Shown in pieces: positions 39,951 through 44,932 of a DNA stretch of 44,932 nucleotides (position 1 is its first letter; each line of letters begins with the position of its first letter). Below the pieces are notes generated by a model, which was not told where the DNA came from, ran no database searches, and worked only from the letters and a program-made list of their open reading frames with translations. The translations under genes were made by a program, and so were the position numbers. This DNA comes from Octopus bimaculoides. Taxonomy: Eukaryota. The stretch is taken from the NCBI RefSeq assembly GCF_001194135.2, contig NC_068998.1:16173947-16218878 (forward strand), read 5' to 3'.

Positions 39951-40875
39951 AACTGTCCCCTGTTGTGTATATTATATCGTCTGTCTCCTGTCGTCTGCTG
40001 TCTGTCATTTGACCTCTATCGTCTGTGGACTGCTAATTTTCCATCATAACGCAATGTCAACTGTTCTAAGCATAGAAAAACAAAAACAAAGGCTAAAACA
40101 AAAACGCAAAAGAAACTAAAAGCAGCAAAATAAATACAACAAATAAATGTTCCTCTCCTCTTTAATATTTGATTCATAAAATAAATAAACAAATTCTGAA
40201 TAACGATTTTATTGATCCTTTATTGCCGACATCATCGATCCAGTATTACCGACATTATCGATCCTTTATTGCCGACATTATCTGTTATCTATTTTATTTA
40301 GTTAGTTATTTGATATGTTTTTATTTTCATTTTTGTTTCTTTTCTCTCCTAATTCAATAGTACTGTCTATTATATAAACCAATAGTGTTTGTTGCCTTAC
40401 ACGAAGTCCATTTAAGAGATGTCACCGTGCTGTCCCTTGATCGATAATAGCTAGTATTTCTTCATAACAACATCGATTATGAGTTAACCACAGAAAGCAT
40501 TTTCGTGGTCACTCGACCTGCTAAAAGTAGCTGTCAAATTTCCTTCTAATAACACTCCTTAATGTATTGCAAAAAGAAGGACACATATATGATTATGCAG
40601 TCGTTGATACGCCATATCTGAAATAGAAGACAACATAGCCACGACTGTCACAAGTTTTCTGTTCAATCAGGTCTGACCTGGAGATAAGCAAAAACAACAA
40701 TAACAGCAACAATCAGTGGTAGGCCTTCCGTCGGTCTCGACGATGATCGTTCATTTGATATATGAAACGAATTCTTATACGTGAAATTAACATGTAAGCA
40801 GTTGAGTTTTTCAACAGACATGTCAGCTTTGACCTAGAAGCTGCACCAGTGGATTGAAGAAGAAAAAAAGAACGA

Positions 40876-40915
<40 letters not shown>

Positions 40916-42230
40916 AAACAATGTTGGATTGCTTACTCTATCAACTTCGAAAAAAAATGAAACAACACTATGCCTGAAAAAAAAGAAAAACTACAGCATG
41001 ACTTGAACTCGGAACTGGAATAAACGCCATATGATAGTCTGCTCGACACTCTAACGATTCTGCCTACTTGGTTCCTTTGCTAAAACCAATTTTGTTGCCT
41101 TAGATGAAGTCCATTGAAGAGATGTCACTGTAGTGTCACTTGGTCGATAACAACATCGATTAGTCGTGTCTTTCATCTTTGAAACGGACAAACACAAAGA
41201 GATTAGATAAAATAAATAGTTTTCTTACACAGGCACCGAGCCAAATATTTCTTTCTCTCTCTTGTTTTTATTATTATTATTATTATTATTATTGTATTTC
41301 TTCTTGTTTGTTTGTATCTTTTGTTTTGTTTGTTTGTTGTTTATTGTTCAGAAGAAAGAAAATAGGAAGCTACTGTGTCCATTCTTTCGTCAAGGACAGA
41401 CATTAGAGAACGATATAAGCGAGATGAAAATGGCTGCAGCGAGGAAATAAATACAGGGTCGAAGAGAACACGGTTAGGCTACAACGCACACTCGCACAAA
41501 TAACACATGCATAATATACATACACATAGCATACATACATTAGTACACATACATAACATAATACACTCACATCATACACTTATAATACACAAACTGCACG
41601 TACACACATAACACATACATAACTCTCGCTCTCTCTTTCACGCACTCGCACATACAAAGCACAACACACAGCTCAACGAATGAGCTTGAGCCAGCAAGTA
41701 AACCTCTACAATGGTCGGCCGGTTGGTCCGTTAGAAATAACAGCCAAATAACCTTCAACCCACATTCTACAGCAGCGGTTCTCAAACCGAATAACGCAAT
41801 CCCTATCCTACCTCTCCATTAATGAGAAAACAAAATGGTGTTTGTATCGATCTAATTCGTATCTCTCTGCTAATGCGTGAGACAAGTTTAAACAGTTTAA
41901 AACCATTATAATTTTATTGAGTATAGCAATTCGTCTATCTTCTTTTTAACCCAAACACGCGCCCCACCCATGAAAATCCCTAATTTACAGTTTTAAATTA
42001 GACTTAGGTATCCCAGAAGTCTTTGTACTCATAACTTTCTTAAGCCTTTCGAACCGTAGGGAGCGCAGACGACTTTTCCCGCCTGTTCTCGTCTCTGAGC
42101 TTTCTTTTCTATTTCTCTTCAACTGGATCCCTGCTTTTGCAGCTTCGCTGCAGTTTCCCACCTCCAACTATTTTTAGGGTGTCATGTTTCCCTAAGGGAA
42201 GGCCTTCTTATATCAGGTCTTGTTGGGTTT

Positions 42231-42473
42231 GAATTATTTACATTATTTACATTCGACGGATATTTGTCCTTATCTTGTTTGTTGTTAACACAACGTTTCG
42301 GCTGATATGCCCTCCAGACTTCATCAGGTGTCTTGGGGAAATTTCGAACCTTGGTTCTCATTCCTAAGGTATTTTTCGATGTTGTTATTATTATTATTCA
42401 GATCACTGCCTGGAATCGAACTCGGAATCTTGGGATTAGTAGCCTGCGCTCTTAACCACTACCCCATATGCCC
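42231..42473 (-). mobile_element. tRNA-headed SINE-like element with hammerhead-containing, Penelope-like tail
   Basis: Minus strand: gggcataTGGGGTAGTGGttaagagcgc (A-box)...GAGTTCGATTCC (B-box), (aat)n linker, ~70-nt body, HHR motif, tail ending in tgtaaataa repeats. Confidence 0.8.
42287..42332 (-). ncRNA. Minimal type I hammerhead ribozyme motif with canonical core
   Basis: Minus strand GACAC-CUGAUGA-A-GUCUG-(10 nt)-CAGCC-GAAA-C-GUU-GUGUU: stem I 5 bp (one G-U), stem II 4/5 paired, palindromic AACGUU stem III, GUU triplet. Confidence 0.7.
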
Positions 42474-42644
42474 GTGGGCATATCTGTCAAATGTAAATAA
42501 TGTGAATACTGTACATAATTCCTCATCTCTTAAATAGAGAACTGGATTTGTATTGTCGTCGATGCTTCTGTAACTTTACCTTTTTATATAGGTTGGGGTG
42601 TTGGCCCTGCGCAAACCTATTCTTTTACCGCTGGAAAGAGTTAG

Positions 42645-42733
42645 TTACCAGTTGCATACTGGGGTCGATCTAATCGACTGCCCCCCCCTCCCCCAAAATT
42701 TCTGGCCTTGTACCTAGAGTAGAAAAGAATATT
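42645..42733 (+). mobile_element. SINE family C, 3' fragment
   Basis: taccagttgcatactggggtcgatctaatcgact...ggccttgtacctagagtagaaaagaatatt matches the end of the 9548 copy. Confidence 0.85.
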
Positions 42734-42739
42734 TACAGA

Positions 42740-43240
42740 GGGGAACAATTTTGAACAATTTCTGTTGAATTAACTTTTTAGCTTGATTTAAACTAAAATT
42801 GGCATGCTGATTTCAAAACTACAATCAGTTTTCTTCTATCACGTCAAATTTATTTTACTACACTTTAATCTCTGAATAAGCACAATTGTATTGTTTGTCC
42901 GTAAGTAACGGGACTATTCAGCTGTTTTTATTATTTTATTGATAACACAGGGGAACATTTTCGAAAAGAATTTTAGTTGTTTTGCTTTCACAATTAGTCC
43001 AGGCTTATTTGACGGTGCTGGGTTCAAATGCCCTCAGAAATTTTCTCCTATGTCAAGTTTTTTTTTTGCTAAATAGGAATTTTTACAAAATACCGGGTAT
43101 GTTGAAGATGGACATTTGAGTTTGTAAAAACTTTTGAGATGATAGTGCAAAATAGATTCCATTTTTGAAATCAGCATCCCAAAATTACAAGTAGACATGT
43201 CTCCAACACCAGACAACAAAAACCATGTTCCTCAGTGTTA
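42740..43240. mobile_element. Possible non-autonomous DNA transposon relic
   Basis: Inverted motif aaaattggcatgctgatttcaaaa (42795-42818) vs ttttgaaatcagcatcccaaaatt (43163-43186), 21/24; AT-rich interior. Confidence 0.35.
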
Positions 43241-43556
43241 ATGATGTATCACAAAAGGTTGAGTTTTTTGATTTGGTTTAACAGATTACGAAAAATGCAG
43301 AAAACTGTTACTTAGTTTTAGCATCCATAATTTAAACGTATTTCAAGCATTAGTACAGAAATTTTAAACTATATTTTTCAAAATCAGTTGCGCACCTACA
43401 ACGCCCTAGTGACGCACCGTTTCAGAACTATTGGTTTAAACAAAGACGGCATCATCATGGCTCCCGTCTCACAGCTGACGGTGCACGGCTCGCGGCTCAC
43501 AGCTCATGGCTTACAGTTCGCAGCTCACGAGAACAACTTTTGTAAGCCAAGAGGTA

Positions 43557-44455
43557 CAAGGTGCATTCCGGAAGTTTTGAGACTTTTTTAGGAGAAATAT
43601 CAATTAATTTCAAAGAAGTACAGAACTCTAATCTCCTTGAAAGTAGGATTCTCCAACTTTGATGCACTTATTGTAACGCTCCAGCCTCTCCATGAAGTCC
43701 CCGTGGAAGTCCTCCAATGTGAAGGTATCCGACGAGACTCTTATCACGGTTTCCTTCATCTCTTTCAGCTTGGAGAACAACGTCTTGGTTGTTCCTCAAC
43801 CTGCAGCAGAACATGAAGCAGAGTCTGGACCGTAGGGACGGTGAGTGACAGTTTTGAAGCCTATCCCTGTCAAAATGTTGGTTACCAGGTTGCACCCTGA
43901 GAAAGAAACTTTGGACAAATTTTGAGCACGTTCAGATCTTCAGGAATAATTCTGTGTACAGTTGCCGCATCAACTCCGAACTGTACACATACTGTCATTA
44001 TTGACACACGATATTCTTCATTCAGAAAATTGCAAATTTTCTCCGCCAACTCTGATCCTCTGGTGTCCCTCTCCCTCCCACAACTCTCATCACATCTCGA
44101 CTCCTCCCAGTCGTCCTTGAATCTCTTGTGCCAGCGAAAAAGTTTATCCGTAGCAATCAGGTGCATTTCATATGTTTTTCTGTAGCATTTTTGCTCAATT
44201 TGTCATAAAACTTCATTGCATACCAAGCTTCCAAGCGTCCAAACTGCATTCTGCAAACTAGTCAGTTGTGACAGGCAGTGTTTAGTAGAATGTATTCAAA
44301 GTGCTATTACAACTATCTCCTTCAGCCTGGTGTATCAAAAGTTGGTAGGTCAGCTTATTAAATGTATAGTACTAATATACTAAAATTACAATAATCTAGG
44401 ACAACTATAACTACCTCTCCTAAAAACAATCACAGAACATTTGAAATGCACCTCG
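43557..44455 (-). mobile_element. Mariner (Tc1/mariner) transposon, internally deleted
   Basis: Imperfect ~40-bp TIRs caaggtgcattccggaagttttgagac-ttttttaggaga / (rc) cgaggtgcatttcaaatgttctgtgattgtttttaggaga; TA at the left end (43555-56), CA at the right. Confidence 0.9.
43628..44249 (-). pseudogene. Mariner transposase pseudogene lacking the central catalytic region
   Basis: N-terminus WYAMKFYDKLSKNATE; HTH region LFRWHKRFKD...ATVHRIIPEDLNVLKICPKF; joined almost directly to the C-terminus HRPYGPDSASC...LERYNKCIKVGESYFQGD* (cf. HPPYSPDLAP...RYxKCI...YFE). Confidence 0.9.
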
Positions 44456-44871
44456 CATAGCTACTTAAAAAATGGCGTGGCATGTATCAGCGATGAACAG
44501 ATAATAAAAGCTTTGTTGCCGTTGCAGCGGTGATTTCATTTCTAAGAAAATAAACGTTGTAAAACACGTTCCTGCTTCTCAGCATTTCTGATCCCCGCGC
44601 TGTAATTTCAGTATGTCTAAAGTGTTTAACGCTGGAATATCAGCTGTATGCACAATCTATTATGGGAAGCGAGTGAGGTTAATTGCTTAATACAGAACGG
44701 TATTGTATGGTTTCGTTAATTCATTTATCATTTATAAGCAGTAATTCTAGCGGAAGATCCCAGTATTTCACGTGTGTGTGTGTGTGTGTGTGTGTTCGCG
44801 CGCGCAGGGATGATTAGGCGCAGAAGTGGCTGTGTAAAGAAGCCCCACGTATATATATATATGTATGTATG

Positions 44872-44932
<61 letters not shown>

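Noticed and set aside
42403-42473. tRNA gene
   Set aside because: A/B boxes are present but there is no complete cloverleaf acceptor stem; it is a SINE head. The same applies to the family A-D heads.
41774-43432. Possible hAT element bounded by cagcggttctcaaac and a degenerate inverse near 43420
   Set aside because: The right end match is too weak, with no 8-bp TSD or transposase trace.

Overview
Repeat-dominated, gap-rich eukaryotic non-coding DNA. It is most likely from an octopus genome; this is inferred from the SINE sequences and the extreme (TA)/(CA)/(GA)/(GATA) microsatellite load, not from any gene. I found no intact protein-coding gene: nearly all long ORFs in the track are read-throughs of microsatellites or N gaps. 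Recognisable content: (1) at least four tRNA-headed SINE families (my labels A-D) in many copies, several with clear target-site duplications; (2) decayed coding relics of an RTE-clade LINE (14.9-15.3 kb, +), a Penelope-like (PLE) reverse transcriptase (32.4-33.1 kb, -) and an internally deleted mariner transposon (43.6-44.5 kb, -); (3) an ~80-bp-period minisatellite array (35.9-36.7 kb); (4) assembly artefacts around 10-N gaps. The most interesting signal is a set of short non-autonomous elements carrying minimal hammerhead-ribozyme (HHR) motifs of the Penelope-associated type. These are two ~190-bp copies embedded in (TA)n, a degenerate inverted/tandem pLTR-like cluster, and a tRNA-headed (Pol III) SINE whose tail contains a CUGAUGA...GAAACGUU hammerhead and which is capped by an inverted copy of its own tail. 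This suggests a Penelope-mobilised, ribozyme-bearing SINE/retrozyme system. Ribozyme activity and novelty are untested.
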